From Eledone cirrhosa (lineage: Eukaryota), in NCBI GenBank assembly GCA_964016885.1, contig OZ024741.1, positions 135,346,001 to 135,410,000 on the forward strand: DNA of 64,000 nt, written 5' to 3'. Positions 44,741-57,200 of the stretch are shown in pieces; position 1 is the first letter of the stretch, and each line of letters starts with the position of its first letter. The notes beneath the pieces are model-generated. The model was not told the origin of the DNA, did no database searches, and saw nothing but the letters and a program-made list of their open reading frames with translations. Both the position numbers and the translations under genes were made by a program.

Positions 44741-45638
44741 ATTAAAGATAGTTAGCAACATCTCAAGAAACAGAAATATTGAACAAAACAGTTTCTCTGT
44801 GTGTTTTAAATGGTTGAAATAGTTCTTCCACGTTGTAATTTATAACTGATATGTGTGTATTGGAACTTCGTCGGTTCAGACGATATGTGTTAGGATTATT
44901 CTGCTCATGAAATTAACGTGCAAATAACTGACACGTGTACCTTAATGTAATTTTGATGGACATGCAACGTGGCATAGTGTGACACGGTTTACCTTTTGAA
45001 TTCCAGCTACAATTCATTTTTGTCATCTGAGTGAAATAAATTTTCTTATACAAAGATTCAATGCTCCACCGCTAGTAACGAAATACATGAGCCAAATGGC
45101 CTAACCACTACCCCACGCGCCTTCAAAAACTTGCAATGTATGTCTTAGTATATAGTTATATAGTCAGAGCCAGTAGATTTAGCTGAATGATTAAAAAGTT
45201 TATTTAGAAACCATTATGCCCAAGGATCGATCCAACTGCTTCGCCTCAGGAGAAAGTGTCATTTATTATAGTCCCTTGTCAACCCATGCCATATGAGTGG
45301 AATTAGATATACAGAAACTGTTTAGAAACCGTAGGACGGACGGTAGTTCAGAGTGACAGTCTTGCCACACACTGTCATGCTGAATTTCCATGAGAATTAT
45401 GATAAGAGTACATGTATCTGTAGAATACTCAGCTACTTACATGTTAATTTAATGAGCAGGCTATTCCGTTGATCGAACAACTGTAAGACTCCTTGTCGAG
45501 GGCAGTGAACATCATAATCATTCTGATTTCGATTGCGTTATGATTATATTGACATTAATTATCATATTTTTTCTTTTCTTTCTTATTACCAAATAGATTA
45601 TATTCCTTTGCACTTTTCCCTTATTATAATTATTATTA

Positions 45639-47032
45639 CTGTGCATCGTCATTACATTACCGAGCACTTCTCTGTGTTGCCTGGGTATTTGCAGTGTGGT
45701 TTTGAGAGTACTTCTCGTAATATATGTGCAGTGTTCAGTAGTGCAATTTTTGTATGCTGTATATATTTGTATATCCTGGGGTTTTGGTTATGTATCTTGT
45801 ATGTTTTGTATCATTCCCAGAGCACCTATTATTATAGGTGTTGCTTCTTTCATCATCATCCCCATTCGGGTTATTTCTATGTTTAGATCTTTATATTTCG
45901 ATAGTTTTTCTATTTCCTTGTTAGATATATTTTCGTCTGTCGGGATTGATACATCAATTAGAAGATATATTTTTTTTACTATAATATCCCGTCGGATGGC
46001 TTTGGTATCCCTGTCTGTGTTGGCATATCCAAGAGAATAGTTGCTTTGTCATTCTCTGATATCTTTTCTGGTGTGTGTCTGTACCATCTTCTGTCTGTTG
46101 GCATTTCATAATGTTGGCATAATTTCCAGTGTATGTAAGTCCTTACTGTATCATGTCTGGATGTATTCCTTTCTGGCTAAGAATAATGTTGACAATTGTT
46201 TCTTCCCCACCTCCACATATTCTGCAGTTACTTACTATGCTGCTTTATTATGTACTTCTGGTGGTTTCTGGTGGGGAAGCTTTGATCTTTTTCTCAAACT
46301 AGAAATCCTTCCGTCTCGGCTTTTAGTCCAGTGATTCATAGCCACGTTTGTGTATTTTGCTTGTTTATTTCCTAACTATTCCCCCTTTTCCATGCGATTA
46401 TGGTAGGTATAATCCTTCGACATCTGATTTTGGATGGTTTATTCTAAATGCTGTCATTATTGGTTTTGTTTTTCTGCCTATTCCAGCTAGTTCTTTTTGT
46501 GTCCAGTTCAGTATATTAAAACTGTAGCTTCCTCCTGGGATCGCTAGCGTATTGATGCTAATTACCTTATTCTTTGTTGAGCTTTAAGTAGTAATCTAAT
46601 CCGTCTGTAGTATTCCTGTCTAATCTTTTTCATCTGTGTAATTTGAACCCTATATAATTCGTTGATTCCTACGTATTTGTATGTCTGTTTGATCTAACTT
46701 TCTTATATCAATTTCTTTATCTAGCGTGATATTAGGTTTTTACATCAGTTTTCCTCTCTTCAGAGTTGTCTCGGCACATTTTTCTAGTCTAAACTACATG
46801 CCTATTTCTTTTGTGAATCCATGTACTGTATGTCGCAGTGTTTTGATGTACTGTATGTAGCAATGAGATGATTAATGTTCTTGAAGCATTTATACTCTAG
46901 TCCAGTTCGGTTTAATGTCTCAGTTAAAGGTGTTAGTGCTAAGTAGAAGAGCTGTGGTGATTGGGTGTCCCTTCGAAATATCCCTCTGTTGATTGGGATA
47001 GGCTCAGTTTTTATAGTTTCACCTTTCGTTTC
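45639..47032 (-). pseudogene. Heavily decayed Dong/R4-like fragment (third family)
   Basis: INRGIFRRDTQSPQLF..ALTPLTETLN; C-terminal KIALLNTAHILREVLS; (TAA)n flanks. Confidence 0.75.
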
Positions 47033-47066
<34 letters not shown>

Positions 47067-47618
47067 GTTCTTTGAGTCTCAGTCATTGATGTTAGTTCAC
47101 TGGAAAGTTTGTTGAAATGAATATCAAGCCACTACCTGCAGCCTCAGATATTCAGGACACATCGGAGGGTTCTTGCTGTTCCAAGCAAGCATGCCTTTTG
47201 AAGCGTTCCAAAAAGCGGGGCCAATTTTCTTTAACCATCCCTGGCAACTTTTTGAGATAATACCTGGTGCGCCTATGACAATCTTTGACTTCATGGCAGT
47301 TCCAAATCCTTTTTACCTCCCACTTTAAGTCCTGGTATCGGTTAATTTTCTCCCTCTCCTTCTCTTGCACTCTCGTGTCGAATGGGCAGGCCACATCCAC
47401 AATCAGGCACGATCTTTTTTCCTTGTCCACAACCACCAGGTCAGGTCTATTATGTTCCAGTTTCTTGTCCGTCTGTATCCTAAAATCCCACAGCACCTTC
47501 ACCTGATCGTTTTCCGACTCTGGCTTATGCTCATACCACTTCTCAGAATGTGGTAAATTGTTTACTTTGCATAGGTGCCAGTGGATCACCCTGCCCATCA
47601 CATCATGTCTCCAGCCTT
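47067..47618 (-). mobile_element. 5'-truncated Dong-like copy (RLE + 3' UTR)
   Basis: WRHDVMGRVIHW..KWYEH..WDFRIQTD..RPDLVVVD; (TAA)n on both sides. Confidence 0.92.
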
Positions 47619-47633
47619 TATTATTATTATTAT

Positions 47634-50352
47634 AGTTGCATTTATCTTGCTTTATGTTCATACGAGTTATCACCAAGTCATAACCAGTGACCTCAAGAGA
47701 CAACAAAGTCCGCCGTGTTCAAGAAAGAATATACATACACACACATGCATCTTTAGGTGTTTAGACTTGTGATGAACTTATATCGACAGAATCTTCCTTA
47801 GTATATGGGCAGTTCCCATTAGTACTATCTTTTGTATTTCTCCTATATGCAGTTTTCCTGGGATTTGCGATAAGCAATCATTAGACCCCTTAGGTATCAT
47901 TCCTAGAGTGCCTACAACCACTGGTATTGTTTTAGTCTCAACTTCCACATTTGTCCAATTTCTATCTCTATACTTGCTCAATTCTTAAAATGTTTTTATA
48001 GATACATTCTTGTCTATTGCAACGGACATATCAATTAGCAGGCATACCCTCTTTTTAAAGTCCTTCAGTATTATATCAGGTCTATTTGCATCTATTTTTC
48101 GGTCTGTTTGGATGCTAAAGTTCTACAAGATTGAGATGTGATCTTTTTCAAGTACGGGAGGTGGTTGATGCTCCCACCAATTCTTTTGATGGGGCAGGTC
48201 AAAATGCTTACACAATATCCAATGTATTTATTGTGTTACTCTGTCGTGCCTGTTTAGGTATTCAGTTGGAGCTATAGGACTGCACATTGAAATTATATGA
48301 TCAATGGTATCTGGTTGTTTTTTACGTACACGGCATAATGGGTTGCATCCACTTTTTATAATGTTGGCTCGGTAATTTTTTGTTGGCAGACACTGATCTT
48401 GTGCTGATAATATTAGTCCTTCAGTCTCCGATTTCAGTCCAGAGGATGCCAACCACTGATAGGTTAAAGTTTTGTCAACATCAGGATTGTTAGCTCTTTC
48501 TGGGTATTTTCCATACAGAGGCTTTTCTTGCCATTTCTTAGCCAGTTTCTGTAGCAGTTCTTTCTGTGTAGTTACTTTTACCTGCTTTGCTTTTTCAGTG
48601 TTTTTCATTTCAGCAGTAAATGGAACTTCTGAAATGTGTAGTTCATTACTGTATCTTTGTGCGTCTTTTGTAATGGAGTATGATCTTTTGATGCTTTCAT
48701 GTTTCAAAACGAGTTTGATCATCCAATCATGTGATTCCCTTAGATATGTAGATAATCCAATTGTTGCAGTTTTCAAAACAATATCTAACTGGATTAATCC
48801 ACGTCCTCCTTCTTTCCTAGGGAGATATATTCTATCTGTATCTGCCTGAGGGTGATGCATTATGTGCATGGTTAAGAATGTTTTAATTTTTGTATCGAGC
48901 CTACGGATCTCTGTGCTTGAAACTGTAGGTTACTACTGGTATGGCAAGTGTGTTTATGGCATCGATCCTATTCCTTGCATTCAATTCCGTTCTTAAGATT
49001 GCTCTTACTCTGCGGTAACACTCCTTCCTTATCCTTTCCCTCATTGTCGAGTGCTTGATTCCGTCTCCTTCACAAACACCTAGATATTTATAAGTTTCCT
49101 CTTGATCAAGTTCTCTTATCACGTTCCCCCGATCAAGATTAATGTCTGAACATTTCAGCAGCTTTCCTCTGGTGAACGTTGCTTTGGCGCATTTATCTAG
49201 TCCAAACTCCATTTTAATGTCATCACTGAACTGCTTCACAGTGGATAATAGCCCTTGCAATTATTCATCATTTTTTGCAAATAGTTTCAGGTCATCCATG
49301 TAGAACAAGTGATTAATGGTTTTGTCATAGACTTTATATCCATGTTTTGTTTCATTGAGCATTTTACTTAATGGTATAAGTGCGATGCAGAATAAAAGCG
49401 ATGATAAAGAGTCACCCTGAAACATTCCACAATTAATATTAACTTCTCCAGCTTCCAGTGATTTTGTTTCACTATTCAAAAGGAGTGTCGTTTTCCATGT
49501 CTTCATACTGAATGACAAGAACCTCCTGACAACGGCAGATATTTTGAAAATCTCTAAACATTTTTCAATCCAACTGTGTGGCAAACTATCGAATGCTTTT
49601 TTTATAATCTATCCAAGCAATTGATAGATTTTTGTGTCTATTATGACAATCTTCCAGTATCATTTTGTTAACCAAAAGCTGATCCTTACAGCCATATGAG
49701 CCTCGTTTACACCCTTTCTGCTCATTGGGAAATAGGTCATTTGTTATCAGCTGGTTATATGTGTATTCAGTTTGGACTGATGTTAAAATTTTATACATTG
49801 TGGTCATGCAAGTTATCGGTCTGTAATGTTTGGGATTGGTTGTCTCATCATTCTTCGGAAGCAGGAATGTAATGCCGTTAACTAGCCATGATGGTATCTT
49901 TTCTGGCTCCTTAACTATTTCATTGTAAAGTTGGGCTAACAGCTCATGAGACTCTGTGAAGGCATTTATCCAAAAATTTGGTATTTTGTCTTTTCTTGGG
50001 GATTTCCATTTGCTGGTTTTTCTAAGAGCCAAACGCAACTGTTCAACTGTTATATTTTCCCATATTTGTTCCTCATTTGTAGGGGCATGTATATTATGAA
50101 CTTTTTCTTCGGCCCAGATCTTTTCCCAGAATTCTTGCACTTCCTCCTTGGGTGGTATTGATTTAGCAGTTATTGTTGACTTACCAATTTTTCTGTAGAA
50201 GTTTCTTTGGTTGTTTTTGAACATATTATTGTCCTTATAGAATCTAGATCGTTTTTCAAAGCGCCTTATACGAGCAGCTTTGGCCGACACTTTTTGCTTG
50301 ATTATTTCTATCAGCATGTCTATGTCACTTGTTGATTTTATACTGCATTTTC

Positions 50353-50357
<5 letters not shown>
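47634..50357 (-). mobile_element. Decayed Dong/R4-like element, second family
   Basis: YRPITCM, EQKGC, KDQLL, FQGDSLS, YMDDLKL, YKYLG, EGGRGL, SETEG..AQDQ, QKIVLMGTAHILRK; interrupted by stops and frameshifts; (TAA)n on both sides. Confidence 0.92.
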
Positions 50358-50415
<58 letters not shown>

Positions 50416-50817
50416 GCGACCTACGTAGTAAATCGTATCATCGTGAGCTCCGCAAAGGTTTGTTATTTTCAGTTGTTTAAAATTGCCATTTATGGAAAAT
50501 TTTTATTGTTAACTGTATATAAGTGCACATACATTGTTATCTGAAACGGACACCCAAAAAGATTGGGGCCTTTGAAAAATCATGGACGACTCAGAGTCAC
50601 TCCTTCCTCACAAACTAACACTTCACACCGACACCACCATTGTAAGTGTTACTACGTTTGCCAACACTAAAAATATAAGCAGTAGCAATATTTTAAATTT
50701 GTCTCAGGCAGACATTCATTTCCCGCCATTACCAATGACTGTAGGTGTTAAAGCCCCACCACCACCACAGCGACAACAGAAACAAAACAAAAAAATAAAT
50801 TAACTCGTGATATCGAA

Positions 50818-52468
50818 ATGAATTCAACCAAAATGAACTCATCCACACCGAACACCACTGACGCCACCACCACCACAACTGAAATTAAAATAAATAATAA
50901 CAAAAATAACGATAACAACAACAGCAACAATGACATTAAGAAAACCACCCTGAGTTTTGCCAGAGTAGCAAAACAGTGCGAAGCATTTCAGGTAACTCAG
51001 GAGGAATTAGAAGAAGCCAAAAAAAATGGTAAAGAAAGATGGGTACAGGGTCAGCCTCATCCCCCCCCCCCACCTAATAAAATGGAGCATCGGCGCCTAT
51101 GCACCGTGTCTTATCGAACAATCAATATAAAATCGCGCCGAGTGGAACGGGCATCCGAATCCCAAATCCGAAAAGCTTTGGGACATGTGTGGGCCAAAAA
51201 ACCCCACATCAGACGTGGGCAGAAATATGGAACCGTGGACGTGTTCTTTGAAACACCACAGGAAGCTAGAGAACTAAGAAGAGACGACTTAACACTCGTG
51301 CCAAGCTATTGTGGCCAGAGACTCGTAAAGATCAGGGTGACCCACGTTCCACCGGCCATCGAATTTCCCTGGCTAATAGCTGCCGTCCTCGCCGGCATCG
51401 AAGCCAACACCAAGATAATCGAAATAGCGAAAGAAAAGCAAGACAACTGGTCCGGATCTGGGATGGAGCTCCTGATCCAAGCGGACCAAAAAAGCATTGA
51501 AGAGATCCCAGAGGTAATAGACCTCACTGACGGCAGCCACCTCACCGTAATAGTCGAGGGCAGAAGGCCTAGGTGTGTCGTTTGTGGTGAAGGAACCCAC
51601 CTAAGGGCTTTCTGCCCTCAGGCTAAAAGGTTGAGGCCACCTCTCTTACCCACCCCAGTGACTCAACCATCAACACCACCAGCAGTGGTGTTGATGGTTG
51701 CAACAACAGAAGCAACTGTAACAGCAACAACCCCAGCAACAGTAGCAAAACCAATACCACCACCACCCAACGCGCCAGAACTAGCACCAGCGCCTACACC
51801 ATCCACCACGCCACAACCAAAACCAACGCCTGTGGAGGATTTTCCACTCCCCGGCCTATCACAACTGGAGACAGATTGTGACGACGAGGAGTGGGAAACG
51901 GCATCAGGAAAAAAGAAAAAAAGAAACCAAAAAAGAAAAAAATTCTCTTCCCTCCCCCTCCAAAAACAAAATACAGAGGGAAACAAATAAACTATCAAAC
52001 AAAAAAGTTAGGACAGATATGCCACCATCCACACCAGCATCACCAACCCCCTCACCACAAACACCAACACCATCACCATCATTAACCCCAACATCACCAT
52101 CACCAACACCACAAAAGTCACCAAAAAGCGAAACAGAAACAAACCCACAACAAACGCAAACAAAACAAAACAACCAAAACGATACACACTACACAGCATT
52201 AAATTTGAACAACAACCAATTATTACACTACATCCAACACAACACCAGCATCACAAAAAAAGACTACACAACAACCCAAAAGTTCACACCACTTCCACAC
52301 ATGCAAATCACTCGCATCACACAGAAAACGTACACGACACTAAAACAAAAATTCCCCAAAGACATCGGAGACTTCCGACAAGCCCTCTCCTGGAGGATTT
52401 ATAAGGACATCCTTCCGGAGGAGGCCACAAGCAGTGAAAAGGATGGAGAAACCATCCTTCCACTATGA
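50818..52468 (+). CDS. Tx1-like ORF1 (gag-like; frameshift near 51950)
   Basis: SFARVA motif, V.VEGRRPRCVVCGEGTHLRAFCP CCHC knuckle, Pro/Thr-rich tail, W...KKKR. Confidence 0.8.
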
Positions 52469-52514
52469 GAAGTAAGGTAAGTGGTCTTTCCCATCTTTTC
52501 CACTCCATTTCAAC

Positions 52515-53900
52515 CTGACCTCACTTAGAATAGGCAGCATAAATGCGCGTGGCTTGGGGTCGTCATCGAACGCCAAACACATCGAGGCGATCGGCGCTAC
52601 ACTAAGAGAATACGAAGCGGTGACAGGAGCAATGATCAACCAGGAATAGTCAGTGGGCCTGCAGCTCGGCACCTGGAGAGGCAGGTCCATGCCGTCTAAC
52701 AGCGTCGTCGGGCGCTGGACGGACGGACCGGTTAAATTGCTCGGGGTCTGGTTCGGTCCGGATCTCGAGACGGACAAAAACTGGGACGAGGTGACGAGCA
52801 GGGTGGCGTCTTTCACCCAGAAATGGGCCGAGAGGAAGCTATCCCTGAAAGGTCGAGCGGAGGTGGCTAACGCGTATATCGCGTCCGTCATCTACTACCA
52901 CCTGACCGTCGTACTTTGTCTTAAGCCCCGCCTGACTGCGCTGGAGCGTTTGCTCTTTCGCTTTTTGTGGAAGGGACGCGCTCCGATGGTCAGGCCGTCC
53001 ATCTGCTGTCAACACCCGCTACGTGGAGGGCTGGGAATGCCGTGGCTGATGATGCGCAGACACGCGCTCAGGCTACGACATCTACACCTCTTCCTCGACG
53101 GTGATCAGGTGTGGTCGCCGTTTGCTAGACGCGTCTTTCCCCAGCTCGTCTCCTTGACGGAGCTGCAGTCCTGGGTCAAGCGAAGACCGAGAGGGAGCGC
53201 TTGGAGACTGGAATGTCTTCAGGCGCTCACAGCCCTCGACTAATCGGGCAATGTGATCGGTGGAAACTCCACCTTGGCGTTCTATAGAGGATTAGTGGAG
53301 AGGAAGAGCGACGACGTACTTGGGGAAACTCTAGGCGTCGACGAAAATCAACTAGCCAATCTCTTCGGAAGAACTTTCGGGCCGGGGCCTATGGACAACT
53401 TCCAGAAATCCCTGGCCTGGCAGTGCTACCGAGGAGCTTTTCCAGTTCGGGATAAACTCTACAGGCATGGAGGTGCCGTCAGCCGGGAATGTCCGAGATG
53501 CGCGCAGGGCGACGAAACGGTCCTGCACGCACTCGTCCAGTGTCCGAAAATTGCTGACTTGTGGATTTATGTCGAACACCTGCTGTCGCGTGTAGGACGG
53601 ATCCGGCTAACATCTGAGTGCATCGTGAGGATTGCCCCGCCCTCTTCCTTTAGCCGGGAAGGGCAGGCAGTTTTTATCTGTCTGGTGGCCATGGCGAAAG
53701 AGATAGTATGGTGGACACGTTTGAAAGGGCTGAAGACGAGCACTTACCTCTTTGGTGATGCCCTGATTAACTTTTTCAAATTTCATTTGAAAAGGAAAAT
53801 CAGGGTAGAGAGGGAAGTGCTCTCTTCCCAGCATTTTGTTGAAAGATGGGTGAGAGAAGCAAGAATGGCCCGAGTGAATGGGCCTACTCTGAGTACGTAA
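52515..53900 (+). pseudogene. Tx1-like ORF2 remnant: APE start fused to post-YADD RT region and C-terminal Zn motif
   Basis: IGSINARGLG joined directly to ..LREYEAVTGA; KLLGVWF, LSLKGR, GGLG, CPRC..ET..H...C. Confidence 0.88.
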
Positions 53901-54168
53901 CTGTAAATTAAAGGTGGAAAACTGGGAGAGGGCATTTGCTTTGGTGGTCAGGGTCACTGTGGCCTTTTACTGGGCTTTCTCCACAAATGTCCCTCCGAAG
54001 TCTCCCCCCTATTGGGGAATTTTTCATTGTTTTTTGTTTTGTTACATCCTCTGTTTTTGTTTTTTACACGCAGAAATGCCCATTTGTACCGTCCTGCATT
54101 GTCCTGTACTGTCCTTAATGTCTACTTTATGTAAACCCTTGTGGTTAATAAAGAAATCATTATTATTA

Positions 54169-54206
<38 letters not shown>

Positions 54207-54209
54207 ATT

Positions 54210-57200
54210 GTTGGTGAAGCCACGCTTCTTATCGCCTCCAGTCTTTTTCAACGTTTTACCTCTTTTTCAACCGTTCTAAACCTTTTATTCAAGTTTTAAA
54301 TTTGATAAAAGTTTAGAAGAAGTGACCCACCTAATACAGGGGTTCACTAGTAAATAATACGGCACCCCTTTACGGGGTGTCGTATTCGTATTTGTGTAAA
54401 AATATTTTTTTTGAAATATTTCAACATGGATAACACAAAAAAGAGAGAGAGCGCTGTCAGACAACATAGAGAGAGGGAGACTTTATCAGCATGTCAACAA
54501 GACAGCGTTCCAGCGGAGGTAAATATAAACGAAAATATTACAAAGGAAAAAAGATTGTTACAGATTTAAAATTACCAAATATTTCTAACACAAACAAGAC
54601 CAACAATAACACAAACAACATCACCAACAACAACACCAAAAATAACAGCGGTAAATCGAGAACGACGATAACAAAAATAACAGCGGTAAGGTCGAGAACG
54701 ACAATAACAAAAATAACAGCGGTAAGGTCGAGAACGACTATAACAATGACAATAACAACAGCCACAACAACAATAATAGTAGGAACAGTATCAACAAAAA
54801 CAACAATAGTAACAACAGCCACAATAACAGTAACAGCAGCAACAGTATCAACGAAAACAACACCAACAACTGTACCAGCGAAAACAACAACAATGACACC
54901 GATACCTGTAATAGCGATCTCAGCACCACCAGTAAGACCAGTAACGGCAGCAATAGTGGTGCTGCTGAAAAAGGGACCACTTCTTTTGCAGGTATCGCCC
55001 GAAATATCGAGACAGTGTTAGTCACAGAGGAGGAGATGGCAGTCGCAAGGCCATGGTGACAAGAAGCGCAAATAGAGTTTCCCTGAAACCTCCACCCGAT
55101 TTTTTCAAGGACCAGCAGCTACGGACGGTGACTTCCCGCACCGTAAGCAAAATCTCACATCGAGTGGAGAGAGCCACGGAGGCTCAAATCCAAAACGCCT
55201 TGGGGTGCGTCTGGGCACGCAAAACCCACATCACCCGAGACAGAAAGTACGCCACAGTAGACGTACGTTTCGCCACCCCCCAGGAAGCAAAGTCTCACTC
55301 TTTGGAAACCCTAAAGAGTGAGGAGTTAGTCTTAGTGCCCTCCTACTGCAGGCAGAAAATTGTAAGGGTCAAAGTGACCCAGGTCCCACCCGACGTGCCC
55401 ATACCTTGGCTGGCCGCGTCTGTCCTTGCTGGAATTGAGAACAGGGCGACCATGCTGCAAGTAGAAAAAATAGGGAGAGAGAACTGGTCAGGTATAGGCA
55501 TGCAAATGCTTATACAAACTGACCAGGAATGTATCGAGGCTATCCCCGATATCATAGACTTTGAGGAAGGACTCCAAAAGCGAAGGCATACAAAGAGGGG
55601 TAAAGGCAGCAAGGAAACTTGCAGCAACACCACCACAAATACCAACAACGCAAACACAACAAGACACACACACCAAACAGCAACAAGAAGAAAATGGCAA
55701 CAAAATCACCCCTCCCCCAAAAAAGTACACAGCCATAAACATAGCAAAAAATAGAACTCATAAAATATATAAAGCAGCGCGCAGACATCACGGAAAAAAA
55801 TTACTACACCCCACCAACACCAAGAACTCTCCCGACAAACATAAGCGTCATCGAAATCTCATTAGAACAATACAAACCTTTAAAACAAAAATTCCCCAAC
55901 GCAGTTGTAGACTTCAGCGGGACGGTTACCAAGAGGATATACACTGACATCCTCTTGGAAACACCCATGACCAGCGAAAGGGACGGTTCTACTGTCCCTT
56001 CACCACACGAACAAGGTAAGTGACCCTTTCTCATTTGCCCCGTTTCTCATCCAACATGGCTGTACTCAGAATAGGCAGTATAAATGCACGTGGCCTGGGG
56101 TCATCTTGGAAGCAGGGGTGCTCAATGACCTCAGGTCACTAAACATAGATGTGGTGGCCATCAGTGAAACCAGAATCTCCGAGGCACGGGCCTTCGCACC
56201 GATCTTCGGCGGCTACGATGTATACGCATCTCCCAGCCGTCCAGGATCGGGGTGAGGGGTTGCCGCCCTTTTTCGGAGAGGCTTGGATCTCGCAATACGG
56301 GCCATCATCCTGGACCCAGAAGGTAAGTCGGTGGTGCTGGACGTGACCGGCAGCGAAGGCAATGCTTTCAGGCTAGTAGCCGTCTACGCCCCAACAGGGG
56401 CAGGACGGCCAGATTTCTTCAGACGTCTAGAGACCTTTCTTGGAACGTCCCGCTCTTTAGTGTTAGTGGGCGACTGGAACGGTATCTTGGATGCACGCTG
56501 GGATCGTGTGGGGCTAGTGGATAGGGGAGGAGGGTGCAAGAGCCTCACCAACCTGCTCAGACGTTTTGAACTGTCTGACAGGTATCGACTGGATCACCCG
56601 AATGTGCCAATGTGGACATGGACAAACGGCATCGGGTCATCCAGATCGTATCTAGATAGGGTATTCTGCAGGGAACTAGATAAGGCTAGTATAAGTTGTC
56701 CACAATTTAAAATAGTCGACTACACAGACCACAAATTTGTGATCTGTGAGATCGACATAGACAGACTTCATAGACAAGGGCCTGGTTACTGGAAGCTGAA
56801 CGCGTCATTCCCGGCGCGCAAGGCCTACAGAGACCGGATTAGCGTATTAGTTAAGCGGGCGTTGACAGGAGCGGTCGTAAACAACAGGTGGTGGTTCGCC
56901 CTTAAAAGGGCAATTAAAGTAGAGTCGATTAGGTTTAGCAAAGGAGTAGTGATAGAGGAAAATAGAGTAGAGGGAGAGCTAGTCAGAAAGCTAGAAGAGG
57001 CGTTTAGGACAGGCATCGCAACCGACGTGCATGCGGCGAGATTGGCACTCGACCAATTCTTCAACGCAAAACACGAAGGCTGCGTTGTCAGAGCTAGAGC
57101 GCGTGCTCTGAAACACGAGGGGACAAAAGCCGTCCAATGGGCCCGGGTGGCAGAGGCGCGACGTGGCAATAAAGCCACAATTCGGTCTTTGTCTGACCAA

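Larger units (their letters stand above)
50416..54158 (+). mobile_element. Tx1-like (L1-group) LINE with ~2-kb internal deletion in ORF2
   Basis: ORF1 plus ORF2 remnants homologous to the next element; (TTA)n at both ends. Confidence 0.9.
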
